From Truepera sp. (GTDB taxonomy: Bacteria > Deinococcota > Deinococci > Deinococcales > Trueperaceae), in the NCBI GenBank assembly GCA_965218435.1, contig CBDCKW010000005.1, positions 96,001 through 160,000 on the forward strand: a stretch of 64,000 bases of DNA, in the 5' to 3' direction. The notes under the pieces were generated by a model. It worked only from the letters and a program-made list of their open reading frames with translations, did not search any database and had not been told where the DNA came from. Positions 43,667 through 53,498 of the stretch are shown here, in pieces; position 1 is the first letter of the stretch, and each line of letters begins with the position of its first letter. Made by a program: the position numbers and the translations under genes.

Positions 43667-43695
43667 GGGGCGTCGGCTACCCTGACGCCCCTTTT
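43667..43695 (+). terminator. intrinsic terminator-like hairpin
   Basis: GGGGCGTC...GACGCCCC followed by TTTT. Confidence 0.55.
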
Positions 43696-43715
43696 AAGGC
43701 AAAGGAAGGGATGAC

Positions 43716-45356
43716 ATGAACCGTTTTTGGAAAACGTCCAGTTTAGCCTTAGGTGCTTTGCTACTTATGACTGCGTGCGCTCAGAGCGGCGGACAGGCAG
43801 CGACGAATGAAGCTGTAATGACCTACAAACCGAGCAGCGCCGACTTCGCCAACCCCGAGCGCGGCTTTTACGCCGATTCGTACTTTAATACCGAAGAAGA
43901 CCTCAACGCTTTAGACGCGGCGGCGCTGGTGCAAGAAAAAGCTGCGGCGGGCTATCAAGTCTCGCTGATTCACCGCACCTACTACCTGCCGGACTACCGT
44001 GACGTAAAGCATCTACCGGCTGACTTTTTAACGCTGGTCGGAAACGACCTGGCGTCGGCAAGAGCGGCGGGCGTCAAGCTCATCTTGCGCTTTGCCTACC
44101 GGCCCAACGCCAACTATGAGGGTGAACCGGTCTACCGCGACCCCACCCGCAGCACGATTTTGCAGCACCTGGACGACTTGAAACCTGTTCTCAAGGCTCA
44201 TGCAGGCGTGATCGCTTATGTAGACGCCGGGTTGCTCGGGCCGTGGGGCGAGTGGCACAGCGCCACGCCGAACAACAGCGATAAAGACCCGAGCAACGAC
44301 CCTGACGGCCCGTTGATGGACGAACTTTACGGCTCTCCCGACCCGGTGAGTAAAAAACCCGGCGGCAACCCGCAAGACCCGAACTACGACCTGCTCAACT
44401 GGGACCGCAAACTGCCGAACGCGATCACGGAAGAGATAGTGAAAAAGCTCTTAGAGGTCGTCCCCGCCTCGCGCCCGATAGGGATTCGCTATCCACTGGC
44501 GAAAGCCGCACTGCTCGAGGGCAAAGTCAAAGCTTCGCTGACCGAACCCTTGAACGAAACCACAGCCTATCAAAACACCATGCGTGCCCGTTTGAGCGCA
44601 ACGAACGACTGCTTTTTGGCGAGCGTAGACGACTCCGGCACCTACTATTACGGCGGCATTCCGGGCCTGACGACGCCAAAACAAATTGCGGCGCAGATAA
44701 GGCGCGAAAAAGACTACCTCAGCCAAGACAATCTTTACGTTCCGATAGGCGGCGAAACCTGCGCCGACGAGCCGTATACCAACCCGGCGTTTGGGAGCTT
44801 TCCGGCGTATGCCAAGCATGAACTGGCGCAGATGCACTGGACAACACTTAACAGCGACTACAACGAAAACACCCTAAAAGCTCTGGGAAACTATCTGAAA
44901 ACGGTCAAGAGAAAACTCGGCTACCGCTTCGTGCTGCAAAGCTCGCGGTTGCCGCGAGCTGCCGCCGCAGGCGCAAATGTGACGCTCAGCTTGACCGTAA
45001 AAAACGTCGGTTACGCGAGCCCGTTTAATCCGCGTGGCTTAGCGGTCGTGTTCCGAGATGCGGACGGTACGCTCACCACCCGCCCAATCAAAATCAACCG
45101 TCAAAGCCACACCGACCCGCGTTTTTGGCAACCCGGAAAAACGCAGAACGTCACGCTCACGATGCCTGCTCCGGACGCACCGGGAGACTTTGAAGTGCTG
45201 CTGGGTCTGCCCGACCCGCTTTTAGCCAACGTCGTCAGCTATAAAGCAGACGGCGCGACGGTTAGCGGACATTACAGCATTCGTCTGGCGAACGCAGGCG
45301 TGTGGGAAGCCACTACGGGTTTGAACAAATTAGCGCATACCTTAACCGTTCGCTAG
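43716..45356 (+). CDS. DUF4874/DUF4832-domain lipoprotein (putative glycoside hydrolase)
   Basis: lipobox MTAC, NPERGF, LRFAY, GPWGEWH, NDCFL, GGETC, LGYRF. Confidence 0.82.
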   Translation: MNRFWKTSSLALGALLLMTACAQSGGQAATNEAVMTYKPSSADFANPERGFYADSYFNTEEDLNALDAAALVQEKAAAGYQVSLIHRTYYLPDYRDVKHLPADFLTLVGNDLASARAAGVKLILRFAYRPNANYEGEPVYRDPTRSTILQHLDDLKPVLKAHAGVIAYVDAGLLGPWGEWHSATPNNSDKDPSNDPDGPLMDELYGSPDPVSKKPGGNPQDPNYDLLNWDRKLPNAITEEIVKKLLEVVPASRPIGIRYPLAKAALLEGKVKASLTEPLNETTAYQNTMRARLSATNDCFLASVDDSGTYYYGGIPGLTTPKQIAAQIRREKDYLSQDNLYVPIGGETCADEPYTNPAFGSFPAYAKHELAQMHWTTLNSDYNENTLKALGNYLKTVKRKLGYRFVLQSSRLPRAAAAGANVTLSLTVKNVGYASPFNPRGLAVVFRDADGTLTTRPIKINRQSHTDPRFWQPGKTQNVTLTMPAPDAPGDFEVLLGLPDPLLANVVSYKADGATVSGHYSIRLANAGVWEATTGLNKLAHTLTVR

Positions 45357-45393
45357 CCCCGAGACGCGAGTTTCAGGTACGCTCTAACTCACC

Positions 45394-46548
45394 GTGCGCC
45401 GGCCCAAACTGCTCTACTTTTGCTACTACGCGGCGATGGCCTCGCTCCTGCCGTTTTTGGTGCTTTACTACGTGCAGCTCGGTTTTACTGGGCGGCAGGT
45501 CGGCGTGCTCAGCGCCCTGTTGCCGGTGACGACCGTCCTCGGCGTGCCCTTATGGAGCGCAGCGGCGGACGCTTCGGGGCACTACCGAGGCATTATCTTG
45601 CTGAGTGTCGGCGCGGCCATGGTGTGGACCCTGGCCGCGTCTTCGGCGACGAGTTATCTAGGTCTACTCGGAATCGTTGGGGCGCTCTCATTTTGTGTCG
45701 CGCCGATTATGCCGCTGACCGACACGGTGGTCTTGACGCTTTTACAGAACGAGCGGCACCGTTACGGCAACCTGCGGCTTTGGGGAGCGGTTGGTTGGGG
45801 CGTCGGGGCACCGCTGACGGGTTGGTTGGTCGGTCGGGGTGAAGCAGGTGGGCTGCGCTGGGCGTTTTGGGTGGCCGCTGCGCTGCTCGGCTCCCTCTGG
45901 GCGGTAGCCTACACGCTGCCGAGGCTCGAGCCCGCCCCACTTCAAAAATTCCGCAGTATCCGAGGTTTAGTTTCTCCGGTGTGGCTGGGGTTTCTCCTGA
46001 TCGGGTTGACCGGCGGCGTCTGCCTCGCGGTCAGCAGCAATTTTTTATACTTGCATATGACCGCTCTAGGGATGCCCGCCTCGTTCGTCGGATTCGCGCT
46101 GACCTCGGCGACCTTAAGTGAAGTTCCGGTCTTTTTCTTTTCAAGCCGACTTTTACGCCGTTACAACGCCCGCATCCTTCTCGTGAGCGCCTTGACCGTC
46201 TTTGCGGCGCGGCTTTTTCTTTACAGCGTCTTCGCCGCGCCCTGGCCCATTTTGGCGCTGCAACTGCTGCACGGCCCCAGCTTTTCGCTGCTCTGGACCG
46301 CAGGCGTCGCCTACGCCGACCGGCACGCACCTGAGGGCTTTAGAGCGACGGCGCAAGGGCTTTTTAGTACGGCCTTGCTGGGTTGGGGCGGCGTGATCGG
46401 CGCACTTATCGGCGGCACACTTTACGACGCGTACGGGGCGGCCGTGATGTTCCGGTGGGTTGCCGTGGGCACCGCCGCCGTTTGCCTCGGCGTTTCGGTA
46501 TGGAGCGGTCGGCTGTGGACACCTGAACGTATGCAAAAGGAGACTTGA
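45394..46548 (+). CDS. MFS_1-like transporter
   Basis: YGNLRLWGAVGW, SEVP, QLLHG. Confidence 0.88.
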   Translation: MRRPKLLYFCYYAAMASLLPFLVLYYVQLGFTGRQVGVLSALLPVTTVLGVPLWSAAADASGHYRGIILLSVGAAMVWTLAASSATSYLGLLGIVGALSFCVAPIMPLTDTVVLTLLQNERHRYGNLRLWGAVGWGVGAPLTGWLVGRGEAGGLRWAFWVAAALLGSLWAVAYTLPRLEPAPLQKFRSIRGLVSPVWLGFLLIGLTGGVCLAVSSNFLYLHMTALGMPASFVGFALTSATLSEVPVFFFSSRLLRRYNARILLVSALTVFAARLFLYSVFAAPWPILALQLLHGPSFSLLWTAGVAYADRHAPEGFRATAQGLFSTALLGWGGVIGALIGGTLYDAYGAAVMFRWVAVGTAAVCLGVSVWSGRLWTPERMQKET

Positions 46549-46550
46549 TA

Positions 46551-47483
46551 ATGCCTGAGTTTGACCTCCTTGTCGTTGGTGAAATCAATCCCGACCTCAT
46601 CTTGCGTGGGGGCGACCTGACGCCCACTTTCGGTCAGGCTGAAAAGCTGGTAGACGCGGCAGCACTTACCATCGGTTCGTCTTCGGTGATGGTCGCCTGC
46701 GGCGCGGCGCGTCTGGGCCTCCGCACCGCTTTCGTCGGGGTGGTTGGGGATGACGTATTCGGCCGCTTTATGTTGGACGCACTGCGTGGCCGCGGCGTCG
46801 CTACCACGGGTTGCTTGGTCGACGCGTCGGTGCCGACGGGGTTTAGCGTCATCCTCTCACAACCTGCCGACCGCGCCATTTTGACCTATCCAGGGAGTAT
46901 CGCTCGGCTTAGGTTGAGGGATATTGATCCGAATATTTTACGGCGTGCGCGTCACCTGCACGTCGGCGGTTATTTTCTCTTGGACGCGCTCCGTCCCGAC
47001 CTATCCGAGCTATTTGGGCGGGCTAAGGCACAGGGACTCAGTACCTCGTTAGATACCAACTGGGACCCGAGTGGCCGCTGGAACGTTGACCCGGAGAAAC
47101 TCTGGCCGGTCTGCGACGTATTCTTGCCGAATGAAGCCGAAGCGTGCCACATCGCCCGGACAGAAACGCTGGGGGCGGCGCTAGACGTTTTGGGTACGCA
47201 GCTACCAACCCTTGCAGTTAAAACCGGTGTGCGCGGGGGAATTGCACGGCAAGGTAGTCAAACCGTTTCAGCCGCCCCGCTCGAGATAGACGTCGTGGAT
47301 ACGACTGGAGCAGGTGATTCGTTTGATGCCGGCTTTCTCTACGGCTATCTTGCCGGGAAATCATTAGAAGAAAGTTTGCGCCTCGCCTGCGCGTGTGGAT
47401 CACTTTCGGCACGGGGTGTGGGCGGCACCGAACGCCAGCCGACGCTACCAGAGGTAGAGCAGGCACTTGCTATATCTGAATAA
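46551..47483 (+). CDS. PfkB-family carbohydrate kinase
   Basis: GDDVFG, PNEAEA, DTTGAGDSF. Confidence 0.92.
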   Translation: MPEFDLLVVGEINPDLILRGGDLTPTFGQAEKLVDAAALTIGSSSVMVACGAARLGLRTAFVGVVGDDVFGRFMLDALRGRGVATTGCLVDASVPTGFSVILSQPADRAILTYPGSIARLRLRDIDPNILRRARHLHVGGYFLLDALRPDLSELFGRAKAQGLSTSLDTNWDPSGRWNVDPEKLWPVCDVFLPNEAEACHIARTETLGAALDVLGTQLPTLAVKTGVRGGIARQGSQTVSAAPLEIDVVDTTGAGDSFDAGFLYGYLAGKSLEESLRLACACGSLSARGVGGTERQPTLPEVEQALAISE

Positions 47484-47676
47484 CAGGACAAGGGAAGTGT
47501 TGGAGTTGACGCGATTTAGAGGCTCGTCCATATCGAGAGTGGTCGGACAAGATTTTATCTAAACATCCTTGCCCACGGGTTATCAGTCGGTAAAAGTTGA
47601 ACGGTGAAGCGTTCTCTTCCGTCACCGAACTGTATCGTTGAACGACACGACTAAACGACGCACCGTCTAAAGCCGG

Positions 47677-47890
47677 TGTGGTCTTAATCGGCCTAAGTAG
47701 ACATCGAAAGCAGGAACTACAATTTTGCGGGAGAAAGGTCTACGATGGGCAAGCGGGTGACGAAGCAGTACGACGTGGAGTTCAAGCTCGGTGCGGTGGA
47801 GCTGATAGAGCAGCAGGGTTACAGTGTGCCAGCAGCGGGAAGAAAACAAGCGCCTGAGGATGGAAACCGAGATCTTAAAAAATCGGTCAT
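47677..47890 (+). pseudogene. IS3-family OrfA remnant
   Basis: RKQYDVEFKLGAVEL and REENKRLRMETEILKK segments with the middle deleted. Confidence 0.65.
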
Positions 47891-48093
47891 GGTGGCAAGC
47901 CACCACCCAGAAAGATGAAAATAGGGTGCGTCCTCCGACGTGAGAGCTCGTCAATGGCCTTGGTGCTGTGAGCCCGATAAAAAATCGGAGCCTGGCGGTC
48001 TGCAGGAACCCAGGAATGTTGCCTTGAGCACGTGGAGGAAAGTCTACATATTAGCACTTCCATAAATTATTGGTCTAACTCATAGCCACAGTG

Positions 48094-49291
48094 TAGGGCA
48101 AACGCACTAGCTCACTCCGCTCAGGCCCAGGAGACTTAGGAGATAGTCGTCGTTGAGTAAGGCTCTGAACCGCTTGCGCCGCTTGGAGGCGGTGAAGCTG
48201 GTATCGAGATTGATAAGGTTAAGGGCCAAACGGCGTAGTGAAGCCAAGTTCTGAGCAGCAAAGCCTTTGCGCGTGCGTGAGGCGTCCTCACGGAATAGGA
48301 CGTCGAGTGGGTGATGCTGCTGGTTTTCAATCGACCAGTGCTTTCTGACCTTGCTAAGTGCTTCGGAAGCAGAGAAGGTGTGTGAGGTAAGGAAGAAGCG
48401 GCGTTGGTAGGATTCTTGACCGTATCTCAACACGTGGGTATCGACGACGATGACCGCGCTGAGTTGTGCCCAATCTGAAAGTCCACAATCTGCTTTTTCG
48501 AGATAGCTCAGATCCCGCATCACCCAGCAGGTTCTGGTTTCCTGCCGCCCGTGTGCCACATCGAAAGTTTCAGCCCTGTCCAACGCCCCGACTTCTTTAA
48601 GCTGGTAATCGAACAGCCAACCAACCTCGTTAAACAACACGCCATGATTGGCTTTGAGTGACAAGACATACTCAGCCCCCTGGGTTGTGATGTGCTCGGC
48701 AACCTCCTTGTGACAACCCGCCGCGTCAATGCTTACGCTAGCACCCTCCAGGTCAAGTAGGTCTAGCAGCTCGGGAATGAGGCTGAGTTCATTTGCGTTG
48801 TTTTTAAGGGCAAGCTGTGCCAGTACAAGTTCATTCTCACTTGCCCAGGCGCTCAACATCGTTATAGCAGCCCGGCCAGGCTCGCACTTACTTTTCCCCT
48901 TCGACTTGGAACCGCGCAACATCTTTCCGTCAATGCTGATGAGCTTTTCCTCGCTCAGCTGACTTACCGTATGCATCCAGCGTATAAAGCATGTCTGCCA
49001 AGCAGCGGGATCGAGTTGTGCAAACACGCGGGTAAAGGTGTCGTGAGATGGGATACCGTGGGGCAACGCTAGAAACTTTCTCAAAAAGTCTTCTTTCATA
49101 ACCCCGTAATCTGCTATCTCTTCCCAGGTTTCTGACTTGGCGATGACGGCGCATACGGTTATCACCACAATGTCTATCAGTTTGTGCAGCTTTAGGGGGT
49201 GCTCTCTGCGTGGGTCGGGTAATTCGGTAAACGCCTCTAGTATGTTCGTGACCATCCCACAGCTTAGAGCATGGCTAGTGCGTTTGCCCTA
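48094..49291 (-). mobile_element. ISAs1-family IS
   Basis: perfect 18-bp IR TAGGGCAAACGCACTAGC; flanking direct repeats GCCACAGTG/GCCGCAGTG. Confidence 0.93.
48107..49255 (-). CDS. ISAs1-family transposase
   Basis: PSHDTF, IDGK, SIDAAGC, LKAN, HGRQE, HWSIEN. Confidence 0.95.
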   Translation of the reverse strand: MVTNILEAFTELPDPRREHPLKLHKLIDIVVITVCAVIAKSETWEEIADYGVMKEDFLRKFLALPHGIPSHDTFTRVFAQLDPAAWQTCFIRWMHTVSQLSEEKLISIDGKMLRGSKSKGKSKCEPGRAAITMLSAWASENELVLAQLALKNNANELSLIPELLDLLDLEGASVSIDAAGCHKEVAEHITTQGAEYVLSLKANHGVLFNEVGWLFDYQLKEVGALDRAETFDVAHGRQETRTCWVMRDLSYLEKADCGLSDWAQLSAVIVVDTHVLRYGQESYQRRFFLTSHTFSASEALSKVRKHWSIENQQHHPLDVLFREDASRTRKGFAAQNLASLRRLALNLINLDTSFTASKRRKRFRALLNDDYLLSLLGLSGVS

Positions 49292-49979
49292 GCCGCAGTG
49301 CTTGAAGGTGTTGAGGACGTTTTCAGGCGTAACAGTTTTGACGGCATTACAAAAGGCTTCAACGAGTTCGCCAAGGGTAGCAGGGCGAAGGCTTTTGACG
49401 AAGGCTTTGAGCTTGGCAAAGAGATGTTCGATGGGGTTCAGGTCAGGTGAGTAAGTTGGGAGCTATAAGAGTTCACAACCATACGTTTCGACCAGCTCGC
49501 TGACTTCTGCACCATGATGCACACTCCAGTTGTCCATCACGATGACACTGCCCTCGCTAAGGGTTGGAAGCAGGACAAACTCGAGAAAGCTCAGGAAAGC
49601 GTTTTTGTTTACTGTGTCCGAGCGGATGTTCAGAGATTCGACGCTGGCTCGGCGCTCGTTGTAAGCCTTCTGTAGAAGTACGAAACTCTCTCTGCGGATT
49701 TCGCTATAAACAGCCTCTATTTGATCCCTATCAGGAGCTTTTTGTCGATTCTCACTCACTCCATACCCTCCATCCAGTTCTACGTGTCCCTTCGTCTCCA
49801 ATCTCCTACAGCCGTCGCTTCGACTCTTCGAACAGGTAAGCGTTCATCTGTACAAGATCGGCTGCGCGACCTGTGTCACCCTTTGGCTTGTCTAGTTGAC
49901 AATTTGGTTTAATTTTCATACCTTTAGCTTGAGCCGCTCAAGAAACATGGTTTTGAATCTTTCAGCTACGGTTCGAGAC

Positions 49980-50492
49980 TTAATTTCTAGTGGTAGAGTG
50001 TATCGCTTTCAGGGCTATCTGCTCAATTTCACCTTTAGTTAGGTGGAGACGGTTATTTGCACTTTTCCATACTTCTAATTGACGGCGGTAACGGTCGAGT
50101 GTAGGGAAATGGCTGTTACGCACGTGCAAACCTTCGTAGTGTTCACCATCTTCGCAGAGGTAACGGGCGTATGCAAGTTGTCCCAGCTCGTCGTTGCTAT
50201 CGAAACCTTCAAATTCGATCTGCCATGCGTCTACCTCGGGTTTTTCGCTTAGCTGTTCGTAAGCATATTTCAGGTTGCTGAACATTTGCAGTATGTCGTG
50301 TACTTCGGTACAGTCGTCTTCGCTCAAAGTGTCCTAGTAAATACGTTGACTCATGCCGTCATACTCGAGCTCATAACCCGATTCAAGTGCTATACGTGCT
50401 TTTTCTAAGCTACCGCGTTCGTCGGGGTAAAGCGCCTCGAGGATGCGGTACTGATTTGAAAGTATCCAGCGTTCAGTTCTTGTAAGTTTCAT
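49980..50492 (-). pseudogene. YfbU/UPF0304-family protein with an in-frame TAG
   Basis: MKLTRTERWILSNQYRIL...GFDSNDE...NSH; stop at 50336-50334. Confidence 0.85.
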
Positions 50493-50571
50493 CCTGACCT
50501 CTCAAAAAGTCTTGTCTCATCATATATACTGTCATGCTGTGCGTTTACAGATAGCGTCTAAGGAGATACAC

Positions 50572-50850
50572 ATGTCCGGGCAAGCCTCAATTCCTACAGT
50601 TTCTTTCATCGTCATCGAGGTCTCCGAAGAATCTCCAAAAGGGTTAGGGCAGCTGCGGTTTCGGATCGCTCCTCGAAAGGGTGAGAACATAACTTTAGAA
50701 GACAAAGAGGGTCAAGCACAAAACTATGAAGTTTTAGCTGTTATCCACCCATCGGAAATTGCAGCAACTGCAGGTGATCTGCTGGTTCGTCATACCGGTA
50801 GCGATGCTGATTCTCGCAGTTCGTTTAGACGTAATTTCTTTGTTATGTAG
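50572..50850 (+). CDS. hypothetical protein
   Basis: AAGGAG SD, 92-aa ORF. Confidence 0.55.
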   Translation: MSGQASIPTVSFIVIEVSEESPKGLGQLRFRIAPRKGENITLEDKEGQAQNYEVLAVIHPSEIAATAGDLLVRHTGSDADSRSSFRRNFFVM

Positions 50851-51200
50851 CTTTTAAGGGTCTTTTGGCTCGATCCCACAGTCTCCCCGAGACCCGCTAC
50901 GACTAAAGGAGCTTAACTCCGTGAGATAGCCCCGCACAAAAGGCTGCGTCGGTGAACACGCAACTATCTTGTTACCAAGCCTTTTATCCGACTTTCCATC
51001 AACCCGAACAATCTAAGGTTTTTCGGTGCAATCGCTCGAAGACCCTTGTTCTACTCTTGCATCATTTTACAGGTCGAGGAAAGAAGAGCGTGTAAACCAG
51101 TAGCAAGAAAGCATTGACAAAACTGCATCCACACAATAAGGGACACTTACGAGCTAAATCCATACATTTACATTTAAGCTAAAGTTTTTATCAAAACAGC

Positions 51201-51229
51201 TTGACATGACTTAACATTAAGTTTAGACT
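51201..51229 (+). promoter_or_regulatory. sigma70 promoter with an operator in its spacer
   Basis: TTGACA-17-TAGACT containing the palindrome ACTTAA-CA-TTAAGT. Confidence 0.75.
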
Positions 51230-51382
51230 TATAAAGGTGATGGGTGACCATTGCCCAAATAAAAGTGCGGACAGTTGCAGCTGCCCGCCAAAACCTGAAA
51301 CCCGGCCAGGCCGCGTCTCACGCAACGCTAGCCTACGGCCACAAGTTGTCAGCTGTCAATTTCAGCGATGAGGGGTGATTGC

Positions 51383-51661
51383 ATGAGTGCTAGCCAGATT
51401 CACGACCAGAGAAAGCCGGAGAAGCCCGGTAAACCCAAAAAGCTGAATATCTTTATCAACCAGAAAAAGCTCGAGGTCGAAGCTGATGAGATGACCCCAC
51501 GTCAGCTGCTGAAGCTTGCTAATGAGAGCCCGGAAGAAGTTGTTCTGGCGCTCAAGGAGAAAGGTCAGCTGACCAAGTACGAGGGCCTCGATGAAAAGAT
51601 CCCCCTCCAGAACGGCATGCACTTCGTCACGATGGACACGACGCCCACGCCGGTGAGCTGA
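51383..51661 (+). CDS. ubiquitin-like (multiubiquitin-domain) protein
   Basis: beta-grasp pattern LNIFINQKKLEV...MTPRQLLKLA...IPLQNGMHFVT; first gene of an E2/E1 operon. Confidence 0.8.
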   Translation: MSASQIHDQRKPEKPGKPKKLNIFINQKKLEVEADEMTPRQLLKLANESPEEVVLALKEKGQLTKYEGLDEKIPLQNGMHFVTMDTTPTPVS

Positions 51662-52038
51662 TGTCCGCACAAGAAACGCTGATGGCAGACCTCGAGGCGC
51701 GAGGCTACATCGTCGAAGCTATCAACGCAGGAGGACAACCTTTTGTCCTCCTCAAAGACTTCACGGTGCAGTCCGGTCGGTTCGAGGGCAAAGTCATCGA
51801 CATCGGGCTTGAAGTCCAGCCCAGCTATCCACAACACCTCGCGTCAGCCCTGCACATCAGGGCGGAGCCGAAACTTCTGTCCCCTGGCCCCCACCCGCAT
51901 AACTACAATGTTCTAGAGGGCAACAGTCCGCTCGGCCCAGCGTGGCAATACTGGAGCTTTAACTTTACCGACGCCTGGCGAGGAGGGCAAAGAGCGAGCC
52001 TAAACTCGATCATCAACGGGGTGATGCACCATGCCTGA
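51661..52038 (+). CDS. prokaryotic E2/UBC-like protein, Cys-free
   Basis: SYP and WQYWS motifs; lies between Ubl and E1; TGATG coupling. Confidence 0.7.
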   Translation: MSAQETLMADLEARGYIVEAINAGGQPFVLLKDFTVQSGRFEGKVIDIGLEVQPSYPQHLASALHIRAEPKLLSPGPHPHNYNVLEGNSPLGPAWQYWSFNFTDAWRGGQRASLNSIINGVMHHA

Positions 52039-53431
52039 GCTCGAGTACAGCGTCGCTATGACTCAGAAGACGCACGACGAACTCGCCGGATTTTTGCTGC
52101 GCGAAGACCTGCAAGAGGATCTGGTGTTCGCGCTCTACACACCGTCGCAGGGTGAGACGCGCTTCACCGCCCTGATCAGTGACATCATCTTTCCGCAAGA
52201 AGGCGAGCGCGAGGTTCACGGAAACGTCTCCTTCCATCAGCCCTATCTCGAGCGCGTTTACAGCGAGGCGCTCCTTCAAGAGAAAGGCGTCGTTTTTCTG
52301 CACAGCCACCTGGGCCCGGGCTGGCAGGGGATGAGCAGGGACGACGTTCACGCTGACACGCGCGTCGCCCTTAGCGCCGTTCCCACGACTTCCCTTCCGC
52401 TCCTTAGCATGACGTTAGGAACCGATGGCACCTGGAGTGCCAGAGCCTGGAGGAACGATGACGGCACGCCCAGCATGCGCTGGTGCGCGAACGTCCGGGT
52501 CGTCGGTACTCAGCTCAAGACCGACTTCGCGGATTGCGTGCGCCCGAAACCGCAACCGACCGAACGACAGAGGCGCACGGTCGCTGTCTGGGGCGAGGCG
52601 GAGCAAGCGAAGATGACACGGCTAACGGTCGGGATTGTGGGGCTCGGAAGTGTCGGCAGCCAGGTGTGCGAGCAGCTGGCCCGCTCCGGGTTCACCCGGC
52701 TCGTCTTCATCGACCACGACCGGGTCGAGGTGCACAACCTCGACCGCCTGGCGGGCGCGTTCCCGGAAAACCTGGGCGAGCTGAAGGTAGACGTAGCGGC
52801 CCGCAACGCCAAGCGGTCGAACACGGCCGACTCGGTGTCGGTAAGATCTGTACCGATGAAACTTACGAGCTCCGAAGGCTACCGCGCCGCCCTGGACTGC
52901 GACGTCCTGTTCAGCTGCGTAGATAGGCCACAGCCGCGCCGCCTGCTCGACCACCTGGCTTACGCTCACCTGATCCCTGTCATCGACGGCGGCATCCGAG
53001 TCAAGCATAAGGCTGGGGCGTTTTCGACGGTGAACTGGCAGGTACAGACGGTCGGACCCGGGCGTCCGTGCCTGGAGTGCGTCGGTGCGTACGACCCCGG
53101 TGAGGCCGACATGGATGCCAAGGGACTACTGGACGACCCCACCTATCTCGCAGGTCTCGGCAGTCGCAAGGGTGCGCGGGCCAGTGAGAACGTCTACACT
53201 TTCAGTAGCGCGGTGGCGTCCACGGAAATGATGCAACTCTTTGTGCTGGTGACTGGTCTGCAAAACTTTGGAATTCAGCGGTTCGACTTCCGCGCGGGCG
53301 TCACCGAGTCTTATCTAGAAGAGTCGCGTGACCTTTCGTGCTCGTGCAAAGACGACCTTCTCGGCACCGGAGACACGGTAGTGGACTGGCTCGCTCACGA
53401 CTTGGCCCTTGAGGCGCAGCACCAGAAGTAA
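52031..53431 (+). CDS. JAB/MPN peptidase fused to a ThiF/E1-like adenylyltransferase
   Basis: E...HSH-x7-S-x2-D JAMM motif; GLGSVG, DHDRVEVHNLDR, SCVD, PCLEC, C-terminal CSC. Confidence 0.9.
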   Translation: MPELEYSVAMTQKTHDELAGFLLREDLQEDLVFALYTPSQGETRFTALISDIIFPQEGEREVHGNVSFHQPYLERVYSEALLQEKGVVFLHSHLGPGWQGMSRDDVHADTRVALSAVPTTSLPLLSMTLGTDGTWSARAWRNDDGTPSMRWCANVRVVGTQLKTDFADCVRPKPQPTERQRRTVAVWGEAEQAKMTRLTVGIVGLGSVGSQVCEQLARSGFTRLVFIDHDRVEVHNLDRLAGAFPENLGELKVDVAARNAKRSNTADSVSVRSVPMKLTSSEGYRAALDCDVLFSCVDRPQPRRLLDHLAYAHLIPVIDGGIRVKHKAGAFSTVNWQVQTVGPGRPCLECVGAYDPGEADMDAKGLLDDPTYLAGLGSRKGARASENVYTFSSAVASTEMMQLFVLVTGLQNFGIQRFDFRAGVTESYLEESRDLSCSCKDDLLGTGDTVVDWLAHDLALEAQHQK

Positions 53432-53498
53432 CTTAGGCTAGCTTTCTGGGCAGGGCGGATGTTGAGCCCTGTTCATCTTTTTCTATTAGGATACGGTC

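Larger units (their letters stand above)
48066..49640 (-). pseudogene. IS630-family transposase 3' remnant, interrupted by ISAs1
   Basis: IVMDNWSVH, PTYSPDLNPIEH; terminal FKHCG continues as HCGYELDQ-stop on the other side of the ISAs1. Confidence 0.8.

Noticed and set aside
49640..49920. N-terminal part of the 49463-49801 ORF as a real gene
   Set aside because: Chimeric reading of unrelated sequence fused to the IS630 remnant
51360..53431. ThiS/MoaD sulfur-carrier operon or CBASS Cap2/Cap3
   Set aside because: No GG tail, no cofactor biosynthesis genes and no CD-NTase nearby
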